A stretch of DNA of 64,000 nucleotides from the NCBI GenBank assembly GCA_963798915.1, contig CAWCVB010000001.1:192001-256000 (forward strand). The letters run 5' to 3'. Each line of letters begins with the position of its first letter. Within the stretch, counting starts at the first letter, position 1. Positions 19,079 through 28,935 of the stretch are shown piece by piece. The translations under genes and the position numbers were made by a program. Origin of the DNA: an uncultured Gemmatimonadales bacterium. Its GTDB lineage: Bacteria; Gemmatimonadota; Gemmatimonadetes; Gemmatimonadales; GWC2-71-9. The notes beneath the pieces are model-generated. The model was not told where the DNA came from. It ran no database searches and worked only from the letters and a program-made list of their open reading frames with translations.

Positions 19079-21262
19079 TCAGAAGGAGGGCGTAGCGGCC
19101 TGCTCGCCGGCGCCGAGGGGAATGGTGATGGCTTCGGGCACGGCATCGGTTCGCTGTGAAATCAGGCGATAATCCACCTGCGAGCCGCCTCGCGCCACCC
19201 GCTTGCCCGCCAGGTAGAGATACCGCCGGCCATCGGGCGAGAGCGAAAGCGCCAGCACCGCGTCCTCGGTTTCCGCCAGAACTTTGCGGCTGGTGCCCGA
19301 CTGGCGAATGATCTGGGTTCCCCCCTTGGGGCGGTCGCTGGCGTAGAGCAGGTCGCCGTTGGGAAAGAACTGGGGTGACTGGTCCCGCTGCGGCGTGGCG
19401 GTAATCCGGCGCACGCCCGAGCCATCGATGCCCATCTCGAAGATTTCATAGTTGCCGGCCCGCGCGCTCGCAAAGGCGATCACCCGGCCATCCGGTGACA
19501 CCGCCGGCGAGACGTTGCCGCCGGGCGTGCTGGTGAGTTCGCGCGCATCACTGCCATCCACGCCGATGGTGGCAATCTGGGTCTGGCCGTCATGGCTCGC
19601 GGTGTAGAGAATGTGCGTCCCGTCAGGGGTCCACGATGGTTCGGTCTCGTCGCCACTCTCGGTGGTCAACCGCGTGAGGGCACTCCCGTCGGCATTCATG
19701 AGCCACACGTCGAAGCTTCCGCTGCGGTTGGACGAAAAGGCAATGCGGGTCCGGTCGGGCGAGTAGGCGGCATCCAGGTTGGTCGAGGTGTCCGCCAGCA
19801 CCGGTACAAAGACACCGGGTTCGGCCAGCTGGATGGTGTAGATGCCGACGCCGCTCCGCGCGGCCCGGTCGGACGAGAGCAGCAGGTCGCCGTTGACGTA
19901 GACTTCCACTGAGTCGGCGGTGCCCCACGGCGTGGCGGCACGCACCAGCGTATGCCCGAGGGCGAGGGCGGAAATGGCGCCGGCGGAGACGGTGGCCACG
20001 GAGGGTCGTGCGCTGGTCCAGGTCACCGGCCCACTCACGCCCGGCACCACGGCGCCGTCGGGATCGAGCAGCCGCGAGGCCAGCTGCACCCGGTCGCCGA
20101 CCCGCAGCGCCAGCCGCTGCCGCTCAACCGAGACCATGACCGGCACCACGTTCACCGTCCAGACCACGGAGTCGGCGCCCTCGATCCGCGCGGTGAGCGT
20201 CGTGTTGCCGACTCGGCGGCCGGTGAGCGTCCCGGTCTCCCGGACAAACTCGGCCACCGTGGTGTCACCCACGGCGAACGTCACCGGCAGGTCCTCGACC
20301 AGGTTGCCAGCTGCATCTACCGCCTTGACGTCAAACCGGCGCGCCGCCGTGATGGCCAGATTGAGTGGACCGCCATCAGCCGCGGGCACCGCCACGACCT
20401 TGGCGATGGGCGGGCGGACCACCACCTGGATACGGCCAGTCATCCCGAAGCCGCGCACCACAATGCCGGTTTGCCCGGGGCTGGCGCCGCGTACCACTCC
20501 GCCCGGAGAGACGTGCGCGACGGCCGTATCCTCCGAGACCCAGGTCAGCCCTGCCGTGAGCTGGCGTCCGTCCTGACTGGGCACAATCGCATGGAGCGTG
20601 TCGATCGCACCCAGGGCAAGAACCGTCCGCGCCAGTGTGGTGAAGACCGCCGTATCCACCACCACGGCGACCGTCCCGCTCACGCCATTGCTGGCCGTGG
20701 CCGTGATGGTGGTGACGCCGGGGCCGATCCCAACGACGACGCCGTCGTGGTCCACCGCGGCAATCCGGGTGTCGCCCGACCTCCAGATCAGCGGCACGAT
20801 CGGCGGGGTGCTGCTGTCGGCAGTCGAGATGTGAGCGATGAGCCGGGCCGGCTCCAGGGGCAGGAGCGCCAGGGCCGCCGGCTCCAGCAGGATTGATGAC
20901 ACGGCGACGGCGCTGGCCGGCGACTGGGCGACGGCTGGGTCATCAGCTGACGTCACCGTGACAAGCGAGGTGTCCCGGCGTCCCCCTGCCACGGCTTCGA
21001 CCATGGTCGTGCCCGCCAGCCGGCCGGTGACCTGGCCGTCCCGGCTCACGGCGGCGATGCTGCTGTCGGAGGAGAGATACGTGATGGCCGCACCCGAAAT
21101 GATACGGCCTTGCGGATCGTAGGCGGCGGCAAATAGCCGGGTGGCCTCACCGGCCGGCAGCTCGAGCCGGTCGGGTGTGACCTGGACATCGGCGATGACC
21201 TGGGCGGCGGCGGGCCGCAGGGCTGCCGATGCGAGCAAGGCCGCCAGAAGCACCGTTTTCAT
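19079..21262 (-). CDS. secreted protein with about 4 Ig-like (Big_2) domains and a C-terminal TolB/PD40 beta-propeller
   Basis: Signal peptide, repeated W.S.D..IA.V...G.V.G...G.T units, then SPDRTRIAFSS, WTPDG and SPDGRVIAF repeats. Confidence 0.88.
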   Translation of the reverse strand: MKTVLLAALLASAALRPAAAQVIADVQVTPDRLELPAGEATRLFAAAYDPQGRIISGAAITYLSSDSSIAAVSRDGQVTGRLAGTTMVEAVAGGRRDTSLVTVTSADDPAVAQSPASAVAVSSILLEPAALALLPLEPARLIAHISTADSSTPPIVPLIWRSGDTRIAAVDHDGVVVGIGPGVTTITATASNGVSGTVAVVVDTAVFTTLARTVLALGAIDTLHAIVPSQDGRQLTAGLTWVSEDTAVAHVSPGGVVRGASPGQTGIVVRGFGMTGRIQVVVRPPIAKVVAVPAADGGPLNLAITAARRFDVKAVDAAGNLVEDLPVTFAVGDTTVAEFVRETGTLTGRRVGNTTLTARIEGADSVVWTVNVVPVMVSVERQRLALRVGDRVQLASRLLDPDGAVVPGVSGPVTWTSARPSVATVSAGAISALALGHTLVRAATPWGTADSVEVYVNGDLLLSSDRAARSGVGIYTIQLAEPGVFVPVLADTSTNLDAAYSPDRTRIAFSSNRSGSFDVWLMNADGSALTRLTTESGDETEPSWTPDGTHILYTASHDGQTQIATIGVDGSDARELTSTPGGNVSPAVSPDGRVIAFASARAGNYEIFEMGIDGSGVRRITATPQRDQSPQFFPNGDLLYASDRPKGGTQIIRQSGTSRKVLAETEDAVLALSLSPDGRRYLYLAGKRVARGGSQVDYRLISQRTDAVPEAITIPLGAGEQAATPSF

Positions 21263-21374
21263 GCCCCGAACCGTCTCTGCGCCATGCAACCGCGTCCGTC
21301 CTTCCATCCCTGCCATCCCTGGTGCGCCCGACTGTCCCGGCACGCGGTCAGTTCAGGCCCATTTAGCGTGAAAT

Positions 21375-21388
21375 TGCAACGCGTTGCA
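21375..21388. promoter_or_regulatory. perfect 14-bp palindrome TGCAACGCGTTGCA, candidate operator
   Basis: A self-complementary sequence in a divergent intergenic region. Confidence 0.4.
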
Positions 21389-21486
21389 CGTCCCGGGCCG
21401 GACGGATTCACGGCCACCACGCGGGCATGCATCGGTTGGCGTCGGCATTCGGATTGGACCGGTGTGGAAGATCGAACTCGGGAAAC

Positions 21487-21513
21487 CTTGCACAACAGTA
21501 GCGGTTGTGCAAG
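21487..21513. promoter_or_regulatory. inverted repeat CTTGCACAAC-N7-GTTGTGCAAG, candidate operator
   Basis: Perfect 10-bp arms, followed by TATAAC, upstream of the histone-like gene. Confidence 0.45.
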
Positions 21514-21590
21514 TTATAACGCGCGATGGCAGCTTCTCTACGGCCATCCCCGGCGGCTGGTTGTGCCGCAGTCCGATCCATGGAGCTTCA

Positions 21591-21986
21591 ATGTCCACGC
21601 TAGACGACCTCGAAACGGGCTGGACGAGTGGTGGCTGGATGGACGACACACCGCTTTCAAGCGAGCCGCTCCCGCCACCGCCACCGCTGACCTTCAGCAT
21701 GCCACCGGCAGAACCGGCCGAGCCGTTCCAGGCGCCCAGTCAGCCCGCGGCAAAGCCCGCGAGGGCCAGGACCAAGAGCACGGCGCGCAAACCGGTTCGC
21801 CAGGCAGCGGCCCGGAAGTCCGCCACAAAGAAGGCGGTACGGACACCGGCCAAGAAGGCAGCGGTACGGACGCCCGCCAAGAAGGCGGCGGTCCGGAAGC
21901 CGGTGAAGAAGCAGGCTGCGCGGAAGCCCGCCAAGAAGGCGGCGGTCCGGAGGCCTGCAAAGAAGAAGGCCACCCGGCGACGGTAG
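21591..21986 (+). CDS. histone H1-like / AlgP-like Lys-Ala-Arg-rich protein
   Basis: GGAG RBS, an acidic Pro-rich N-terminus, then 8-aa repeats (PAKKAAVR-like) encoded by 24-nt DNA repeats. Confidence 0.7.
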   Translation: MSTLDDLETGWTSGGWMDDTPLSSEPLPPPPPLTFSMPPAEPAEPFQAPSQPAAKPARARTKSTARKPVRQAAARKSATKKAVRTPAKKAAVRTPAKKAAVRKPVKKQAARKPAKKAAVRRPAKKKATRRR

Positions 21987-22015
21987 CCCGAGCCGTGCAC
22001 CCCCTCCCTCCCGGT

Positions 22016-23383
22016 ATGCTGGTCCGTCATACTGTTGTCCATCCGCTCTCGCTGCTCCTCCTCCTGGTCGCCCTGGTGACCGGTTGCAGGGGCAGCGGGC
22101 CGGAGGGGCTCGCGCTGGTCGGCGCCACGGTGATTGACGGATCGGGCCAGGCGCCGCTGGTCAACGCGGTCATCATCGTGCGGGGCACCACCATCGACAC
22201 GATCGTGCCGGCGGCGGGCTACCGCATTCCCCGCCATACGCGGGTCGTGGACCTGAGCGGCAAGTGGATCATCCCGGGCCTGATCGACGCGCATGCGCAC
22301 GTCTCCCGCTGGGCCCTCCCGCGCTATCTCGCCTATGGCGTCACCAGCGTCCGCGATGTGCACGGTGCGTTGGACTCGATCCTGCCGCTTCGCGATTCGG
22401 TGAACTTGTATTCGATTGCCGGACCCCGCATCTATGCCGCGGGCGCGATGATCGATGGGGTGCCGCCCACCTATCCCAATGCGTTCGCGGTGAAGGACCA
22501 GCGCCAGGCGCGCCGGGCCGTGGACAGCCTGGTGCAGGCGGGCGCCGACCTGGTGAAGACCTACACCAAGGTCGATCCCGAATTGATGCGTGCCATCATC
22601 GATGAGGCCCGCACCTTCCAGCTTCGGGTGGCCGCCCATCTGGGCCTCACCGACGCCGTCACCGCCGCCAATCTCGGCGTGCGGAGCATCGAGCACATGA
22701 GCGGGGTGCCGGAAGCTGCCAGCAGCACGCCCGAGGCGCTCTATGCCGCGCATCGCGCCGGCTTCTTCCGCGGCTGGACCGCGTTCGAGAAGAGCTGGGC
22801 CCACCTGGACTCGGTCGCCCTCCAGCGGGTGGCCGAGACGCTCGTGGCGCGCCACGTGATCCTGGTGCCCACGCTGGTCCTGCACGAGACCTATGCTCAC
22901 CTGGACGAGCCGTCCACCTACACCGATTCGGCGCTCAAAGCCGTCCCTCGCGCCCAGATCGAGCGCTGGAATACGTCGGACATGATCCAGCGGGCCGGCT
23001 GGACCCGGGCGGACTTTGAGGCGTTCCGCCAGTCACGGCCGGTGCAGGACCTCTTTCTCCGGCTCTTCTACACCAGCCGCGGCATCATCGTGACCGGCAC
23101 CGACGCCGCCAACCAGCAACTGGTGCCGGGCGAAAGCGAGCATCGCGAGCTGGCGCTGCTGGTGCGGGCCGGCGTACCGCCGGAGAATGCCCTGCTTGCC
23201 GCCACCCGGAACGCGGCGCTCCTGATCGGCGCCGACTCCATTGGAACGCTCGCATCCGGGCGCGCCGCCGATCTCCTGGTGCTCACAGCCGATCCGTACC
23301 AGGATATCGACAACACCCGGCGCATCCTGTACGTGATGGCGCGCGGCAATCTCATGCGGGCCGATTCATTGAGGCGCTGGTGA
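22016..23383 (+). CDS. amidohydrolase family protein, probable lipoprotein
   Basis: Hydrophobic stretch plus VTGC, IPGLIDAHAH, SIEH, GTDA and ADLLVL. Confidence 0.9.
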   Translation: MLVRHTVVHPLSLLLLLVALVTGCRGSGPEGLALVGATVIDGSGQAPLVNAVIIVRGTTIDTIVPAAGYRIPRHTRVVDLSGKWIIPGLIDAHAHVSRWALPRYLAYGVTSVRDVHGALDSILPLRDSVNLYSIAGPRIYAAGAMIDGVPPTYPNAFAVKDQRQARRAVDSLVQAGADLVKTYTKVDPELMRAIIDEARTFQLRVAAHLGLTDAVTAANLGVRSIEHMSGVPEAASSTPEALYAAHRAGFFRGWTAFEKSWAHLDSVALQRVAETLVARHVILVPTLVLHETYAHLDEPSTYTDSALKAVPRAQIERWNTSDMIQRAGWTRADFEAFRQSRPVQDLFLRLFYTSRGIIVTGTDAANQQLVPGESEHRELALLVRAGVPPENALLAATRNAALLIGADSIGTLASGRAADLLVLTADPYQDIDNTRRILYVMARGNLMRADSLRRW

Positions 23384-23448
23384 GGGAGCTCGTCGGTCAA
23401 CGGTCAACGGTCGTCGGCAGCCCGTCGACCGACGACTGACGACCAAAC

Positions 23449-23823
23449 ATGGCCTTCTGGGAACTCCTGGTCGCGTGGGCCCTGGTGAGCGCGCTGTTCC
23501 TGGTCTGGGAAGTTGTGACAGTGCGGCTCACGCGTGCACCAGGCGCCGGTACAACGAGCGCCGGCCGATGGCTGCGCGCGCCGCTCCGCATTTACGTGAC
23601 CGAAGCCCTGCTCCTTACCCTGCTTGGCACGCTCTGGTTTGCCAGCATCGGATCCGGCACCTGGCCGCTCGTCTTCCTCCTCCTCGGTCTCCTCATGGAG
23701 TGGCCCGGCCCGCTGCGGCATGGGCTGCACTCGCCGGACGGCTCTCGCCCGGCGGTCTCGCGCATCGCCCTCGGCACCCTGCGCGTGATTTCCGCTGGCG
23801 CAGTGATATGGATCTGGTATTGA
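23449..23823 (+). CDS. hypothetical membrane protein
   Basis: About four hydrophobic segments, co-oriented with its neighbours. Confidence 0.7.
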   Translation: MAFWELLVAWALVSALFLVWEVVTVRLTRAPGAGTTSAGRWLRAPLRIYVTEALLLTLLGTLWFASIGSGTWPLVFLLLGLLMEWPGPLRHGLHSPDGSRPAVSRIALGTLRVISAGAVIWIWY

Positions 23824-23857
23824 AGACGGTACGCCGGGAAGCCGGAAGCGCGGGAAG

Positions 23858-24898
23858 ATGATCCGTCTCACGACCTTCTCTCACGGTGCGGGATGCGCCT
23901 GCAAGCTCAGTGCTGTCGAACTGGGACAAGTGCTTGCCAGCCTGCCCGCCGTCGAAGACCCACGCATCCTGGTCGATGCGACCACCCGCGACGACGCCGC
24001 CGTCTTCCGGATTGCCGAGGACCGCGCACTCATTGCGACCACCGATTTCTTCACGCCCATCGTGGACGACGCCGCTGACTGGGGCCGCATTGCCGCCGCC
24101 AATGCGCTGAGCGACGTCTATGCCATGGGTGGCGTGCCGCTCTACGCCCTGAACCTGGTGGCGTGGCCGCGCGAAGGGCTGCCATTCGACCTGCTCGCCG
24201 AGGTGCTTCGCGGCGCCAATGAAGTGGCGACGCGCGCCGGCTGCCCCATTGTCGGCGGCCACAGCATCGACGACGCCGAGCCCAAGTACGGCCTTGCGGT
24301 CACGGGGGAAGTTCATCCGGATCGGATGCTGACCAACGCGCGGGCGGCGGCCGGCGACCTCCTCATTCTCACCAAACCGCTGGGGACCGGCATCCTCACC
24401 ACGGCGCTCAAGCGCGACCGGCTCGGTGCCATCGGCCTGGAAGAGGCCGTGCGGTCGATGACCACCCTCAACGATACCGCGTCCCGGCTGGCGGTGGCAC
24501 ATGGCGCGCGCAGCGCCACCGACATTACCGGATTCGGGTTGGTGGGACACCTCGCCAGCATGATGCGGGCAAGTGGCGTCATGGCGGAATTGTGGCTGGA
24601 TCGCTTGCCGTTGCTGGCGGGCGCTCTCGAGCTCGCGGCAGCGGGCGTGGTCCCGGGCGGCACCAGGCGGAACCTCGAGCAGGCAGTATCGGTCGAGTGG
24701 GACGCGTCCGTGCCTGACCCGCTCCGGATCCTCGCGGCGGACGCGCAGACCTCTGGTGGGCTGCTGATCGCCATCGGGGCACGGCATCACGATGCACTGG
24801 TGGAGGCCTTGCGCTCGGCCGGCACGCTGGCCGCCGCCACGATCGGCGAGGTGCGGTCCGGTGCGGCCGGCAGGATCGTCGCGTTGGTCAAGGGATAG
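23858..24898 (+). CDS. selD: selenide, water dikinase (Cys form)
   Basis: Motifs HGAGCACK, DDAAV, TTDFFTPIVDD, ANALSDVYAMGG, GGHSI, TDITGFGL and DAQTSGGLL. Confidence 0.96.
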   Translation: MIRLTTFSHGAGCACKLSAVELGQVLASLPAVEDPRILVDATTRDDAAVFRIAEDRALIATTDFFTPIVDDAADWGRIAAANALSDVYAMGGVPLYALNLVAWPREGLPFDLLAEVLRGANEVATRAGCPIVGGHSIDDAEPKYGLAVTGEVHPDRMLTNARAAAGDLLILTKPLGTGILTTALKRDRLGAIGLEEAVRSMTTLNDTASRLAVAHGARSATDITGFGLVGHLASMMRASGVMAELWLDRLPLLAGALELAAAGVVPGGTRRNLEQAVSVEWDASVPDPLRILAADAQTSGGLLIAIGARHHDALVEALRSAGTLAAATIGEVRSGAAGRIVALVKG

Positions 24899-24969
24899 CC
24901 GGCCGGACGCCGCGCAGGTCGCGATCCTCCGCCTGTCCATCCTTCCGCCTGCCCGCCTATCTTCCCCCG

Positions 24970-25188
24970 ATGCGTTGGACACCCACACAAATGGACCGGC
25001 TGGAAAATGCCGCCCGCAAGCAGCTGCGCGTGGTGCTTCGGCGGCGCGGCACTGAATACGTCGTCACGGCGCGCCGGGTGACCACCGTCAGCGGCCGGGA
25101 GGCGCTGATTGGCCACCTGCCCATGACCGGCGAAGATCTCACCTTCAGGCTGGACGACGTGGACGAGTTCCAGATCATCGGCGACTGA
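24970..25188 (+). CDS. small hypothetical protein
   Basis: 72 aa with host-like codon usage, 5 nt upstream of rnhA. Confidence 0.65.
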   Translation: MRWTPTQMDRLENAARKQLRVVLRRRGTEYVVTARRVTTVSGREALIGHLPMTGEDLTFRLDDVDEFQIIGD

Positions 25189-25193
25189 GGGGC

Positions 25194-25772
25194 ATGCCAG
25201 CGCCTCCCATCCTGGTGCACCTGGACGAGAGCTGCCTCGGCAATGGCCGTATGGGCGATAATCCCGGCGGCGCCGGTGGCGTGATTGAAACGCGCACCAG
25301 TTCCGGCGTCCAGCGCCGGGACATCTATCTTTCTTCGCCCGCCACCACCAACAACCGCATGGCCCTTGCCGGCGCCATCGCCACCCTCGACGCACTGTCT
25401 GCCAAGGGCCGGCGGCTCCGCGTCACGATTGTCTCCGATTCGGAATATCTGGTCAAGGGAATGCGAGAGTGGGCGCCCGCCTGGGAGGCGCGCGGCTGGC
25501 GTCGCAAGGGCGGCGCCATCGAAAACCTGGAGCTCTGGCAGGAGCTGGTGCACCGCGCTCGCGATCACGACGTGGAGTGGCGCTGGGTCCGGGGCCACAA
25601 GGGACACGCCAAGAACGAATATGCCAACGACCTCGCCATCAAGGCAGCGCGGGAGCAGATCAGCTCGGGAGGGGCGTCGGCGTCGGGGTTTCTGGAGTGG
25701 CTGGCGGCGCAGCAGCAGAAGGGACTCTACCTGGCGTATGACCCCGATGAGGAACTTCGAACGGCGTCATGA
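25194..25772 (+). CDS. rnhA: ribonuclease HI
   Basis: Motifs DESCLGN, NPGG, TTNNRM, SDSEY, WVRGH.GH and NEYANDLA. Confidence 0.9.
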   Translation: MPAPPILVHLDESCLGNGRMGDNPGGAGGVIETRTSSGVQRRDIYLSSPATTNNRMALAGAIATLDALSAKGRRLRVTIVSDSEYLVKGMREWAPAWEARGWRRKGGAIENLELWQELVHRARDHDVEWRWVRGHKGHAKNEYANDLAIKAAREQISSGGASASGFLEWLAAQQQKGLYLAYDPDEELRTAS

Positions 25773-27588
25773 TGTCGGGAGCCCGGCCCTCGCGCAGTGC
25801 GCGACGGACCTCGTCCTCCGCCAGCAGCCGCAGGTCCACCGCTTGTCCGACCCGCCTCGCCAGGGAGAGATGCTCGGTGAGTTCAACCGCCGACGCGCCG
25901 GCCACGGTCAGTCTCATCAGGTCCAGGCGCAGCGTTTCAAGCGCCGCCACCACCCCAACCAGCCGCTGGCCTCCCTCCGGCCCAGCCAGTCGCAGGGCCG
26001 AGGCATCCCGCTCGAGCGATTGCACCACGTCGGGCACGTCGGCAAACTGCTGTCGCAACTCCGACGAGAGTGCATCGAACAGCCGGAGAATGGCGCCGCC
26101 CAGGGCAAGCTCGGTGGGCTGGCCGGCGTCGCCTGCCAGGAGCGGCGGCGCCTGCAGCCCCAGGCCCGCGGCACGAAACATCAGGCGGCCAACCTTTCCA
26201 CCAATGGCCTTGAGCCAGCGACTGGGCTTGCCCAGATGGAGCACGGTCCAGATACGCCTCACCGCCACGGCAGGAACCATCACCGCACCAGCGGCAGCCA
26301 GGTAGTTGACCCAGACCGGACCATTGATCGTCGCAAGCCAGACGAGCACTGCGGTCTTGGCCGCGCCAATCAACGAGATGGCGGCAGTTTCGCGGATGAT
26401 ATCACGCCGGGCCTTGGGCTGCACCCGAGTTTCTTCCTGCATGGCCCGGCTCTCACGCGCCACCGCGGGCTCGATGCTGCGGAAATCGTATCCCTGGCGA
26501 ATCAGGTCGCGGGTCTTGCCCATCAGCTGACCGAACCGGGCGCCGGCGAGGCCGACGCCCATGGCCGACAGGGGATAGAAGACCAGGCCGGCAAAAGGCG
26601 ACGTGCGAAAGATCGTGGCGTAGATCACGAGCGAACCAACCCCGACCATGAGCGGCACGCCAATCTCACCACCCGCAGCCACCGCATCACGAAGAAAGGA
26701 CCGGACCGGTGGCGGAGTCTCGGGCACCGAGTCACGGGTGGCAGTGACCGCTTCGGCCAGTGCTTCCGCACTGGGATAGCGGTCCTCGGGCCGCTTGAGC
26801 AGCAGCCGGTCCACCGCGGCGGCAAATCGGGCCGGCACCCCGGCCGCATGCTCCCCGACCGGTGGCGCAGGCTCGGTTGCGTGGCGCAGCATCAGCGCCG
26901 ATGCGGAGTCGGATTCGAACGGCGGCCTGCCGGTCAGGGCATACCAGGCGGTTGCACCCAGCGCGTACAGATCGGCGCGGCCGTCCACGGTATCGCCTGA
27001 GGCCTGCTCCGGTGCCATGTACTGGGGCGTCCCGATGGCGCTGCCCCGGTCATCGGTGCCGGAGGCCACCCGGGCAATGCCGAAGTCCGTCACCACCGCG
27101 CGGCCAGTATGGCGCTCCAGCATGATATTGTCGGGCTTGATGTCGCAGTGCACGATCCCGCGCGCGTGGGCGTGGGACAGGGCCCAGGCGGTCTCCTGCA
27201 CCAGGCGCATGACGCCGGCAGGCGAAAGCGGTCCCCGCCGGCGGACCCGTTCGCGCAGCGTCTCGCCCTCGATGTAGCTCATCACAAAGAACACCACGGC
27301 GCCGTGTTCCTCCACCGCGTGGATCGAGACGATGTGCGGGTGCGACAGCCCGGCGGCGGTGCGGGCCTCACGCAGGAAGCGGCTTCGGAGCGCCAGGTCT
27401 TCGGCCATGGCCGGCGGCAGCATCTTGATGGCCACCAGTCGCTCGAGCGCAACGTCGCGTGCCAGGAATACGATGCCCATGCCGCCCCGGCCCAGTTCGG
27501 CCTGCAGGGAGTAGCGCCCCGCCACCACCTGCTGGAGACTGACGAATTCCGGGCTCGCGCCACCGTCGCCGTGCGGCATGGACGTCAC
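25660..27588 (-). CDS. Hanks-type Ser/Thr protein kinase with C-terminal TM segments
   Basis: Motifs LGRGGMGIV, VAIK, HCDIKPDN, DFG and GTPQYMAPEQ. The 3' end overlaps rnhA by 113 nt, so the true end is uncertain. Confidence 0.92.
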   Translation of the reverse strand: MTSMPHGDGGASPEFVSLQQVVAGRYSLQAELGRGGMGIVFLARDVALERLVAIKMLPPAMAEDLALRSRFLREARTAAGLSHPHIVSIHAVEEHGAVVFFVMSYIEGETLRERVRRRGPLSPAGVMRLVQETAWALSHAHARGIVHCDIKPDNIMLERHTGRAVVTDFGIARVASGTDDRGSAIGTPQYMAPEQASGDTVDGRADLYALGATAWYALTGRPPFESDSASALMLRHATEPAPPVGEHAAGVPARFAAAVDRLLLKRPEDRYPSAEALAEAVTATRDSVPETPPPVRSFLRDAVAAGGEIGVPLMVGVGSLVIYATIFRTSPFAGLVFYPLSAMGVGLAGARFGQLMGKTRDLIRQGYDFRSIEPAVARESRAMQEETRVQPKARRDIIRETAAISLIGAAKTAVLVWLATINGPVWVNYLAAAGAVMVPAVAVRRIWTVLHLGKPSRWLKAIGGKVGRLMFRAAGLGLQAPPLLAGDAGQPTELALGGAILRLFDALSSELRQQFADVPDVVQSLERDASALRLAGPEGGQRLVGVVAALETLRLDLMRLTVAGASAVELTEHLSLARRVGQAVDLRLLAEDEVRRALREGRAPDIMTPFEVPHRGHTPGRVPSAAAPPATPETPTPTPLPS

Positions 27589-27595
27589 CGACCCC

Positions 27596-28894
27596 TCACT
27601 TGATCTCGCGCACGCTGGCCCCGCCCTTGTCTGGCGTCCGGGTTATCCGGATCTCCGCTGCTTCATCCATCTTCAGATAGACGCCATGGTCGCCCTGGCC
27701 CAGCATGCTGGTCGCGGGATGGAGGAAGAGCCCCGCGGCATCGAGCGTGTCCACCGCAACCGAGGTGGACAGGTCACCCACGTCTCGCAGCACTGGCTTC
27801 GCCTTGTGCAGCTGGTCCTCATAATCTATGGCCACGTCCGCCTGGATCGGCGCGAGGCCGGGAAGCACCAGCGTCCCGCCAGTGACCAGCAGGCTTCGGG
27901 CGCCGCCGGCGTTGAAGGGCAGCGCTTCGTACTCCTTCACGTCAGCGTTGGTGTAGTCTCCCGTGGCAATGCCGTCGAGCGCCGACAGGATGGCGACCAC
28001 GTTGAGAGCGCGGAGCCGCTGCTTCTCGGGATCATCAGGCAGCGCACCGCTTTCGATCAGCACCGTGCTGGTGCCCCACGCCTGCATGTGGTCGCCGAAG
28101 GCGCGCGGGTTGTAGGTGTCATCGTAATGAGCCATGCGGCCGGGAATCTCCCCCCGCAGGGTCTCCACGATGCGAGCCGCCACCTGGCCCGCGCGAGTGC
28201 GCACATCATTGTACTCGTCGCTGGTGTCGGTGGGCGGCGCCTGCAGCGCGATGGCCGTCTGCAGTCCAAGGCGGCCAGCGCGGGTCCGGGCATTCTGGTC
28301 GTGGAGATTGAAACCAAAGTCGGGATGCAGCTTGTCGCGCAGTGCCTTGAGCGCCCGGCCCTCGGGTGTGGCCAGCCGGGCCGCGTCGCGGTTGATGTCC
28401 ACGCCGGCGGCATTCTCCCGCCGGAACAGCTCGGCACCATCCGGATTGAGCATCGGGACAAAAATGATCGTGAGCTTGTCGGTCAGCCGCTGGCGCAGGG
28501 CGCTCGGAGCGGTATCGGCCAGGAAGGCAAAGATGTCGGCCAACGCCATGGTGGCGGTGGATTCATCGCCGTGCATCTGGGACCAGAGCAGCGCGGTGGT
28601 AGGACCGTGTCCGTACGTTACCGACTGGATGGAGCGGCCCTGAAGCGAGCGGCCCACCTCCTTCACCGCCAGGCCGGATGCTCGCAGCGACGGGGCGACG
28701 GCGCGCCAGAACTGGTCATGCGTAAAGCGGCGCTGGGTGATGGCGCCGACGTGGTAGCGGCGAGCCAGGGCGAGCAGTGCCGCCGGATCCGGATCGCCGG
28801 CGGAGGCGGGGGGAGGGCTCATCGCGGCCACAATGGCGGCCGCGGCCATGGCCAGCCCTGTCGTGGCAATGGCAATCCGGGTGGGAGTCGGCAT
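27596..28894 (-). CDS. secreted M14 zinc carboxypeptidase
   Basis: Signal peptide, MHGDE, PMLNPDG, DINRD, NLHDQ and LIESG. Confidence 0.9.
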   Translation of the reverse strand: MPTPTRIAIATTGLAMAAAAIVAAMSPPPASAGDPDPAALLALARRYHVGAITQRRFTHDQFWRAVAPSLRASGLAVKEVGRSLQGRSIQSVTYGHGPTTALLWSQMHGDESTATMALADIFAFLADTAPSALRQRLTDKLTIIFVPMLNPDGAELFRRENAAGVDINRDAARLATPEGRALKALRDKLHPDFGFNLHDQNARTRAGRLGLQTAIALQAPPTDTSDEYNDVRTRAGQVAARIVETLRGEIPGRMAHYDDTYNPRAFGDHMQAWGTSTVLIESGALPDDPEKQRLRALNVVAILSALDGIATGDYTNADVKEYEALPFNAGGARSLLVTGGTLVLPGLAPIQADVAIDYEDQLHKAKPVLRDVGDLSTSVAVDTLDAAGLFLHPATSMLGQGDHGVYLKMDEAAEIRITRTPDKGGASVREIK

Positions 28895-28935
28895 GCCCGG
28901 TATGATGGGGCCGTGTGCGTCAGGACGCCAGCGCC

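Noticed and set aside
21487..21513. CIRCE or HAIR heat-shock operator
   Set aside because: The arms and spacing do not match TTAGCACTC-N9-GAGTGCTAA or CTTGAGT-N7-ACTCAAG, and no chaperone gene is adjacent.
25285..27000. 571-aa plus-strand ORF and similar long Arg/Gly-rich ORFs (e.g. 7251..9242, 11590..13119, 27578..29083)
   Set aside because: They are alternate-frame or antisense to well-supported genes and have no domain signatures.
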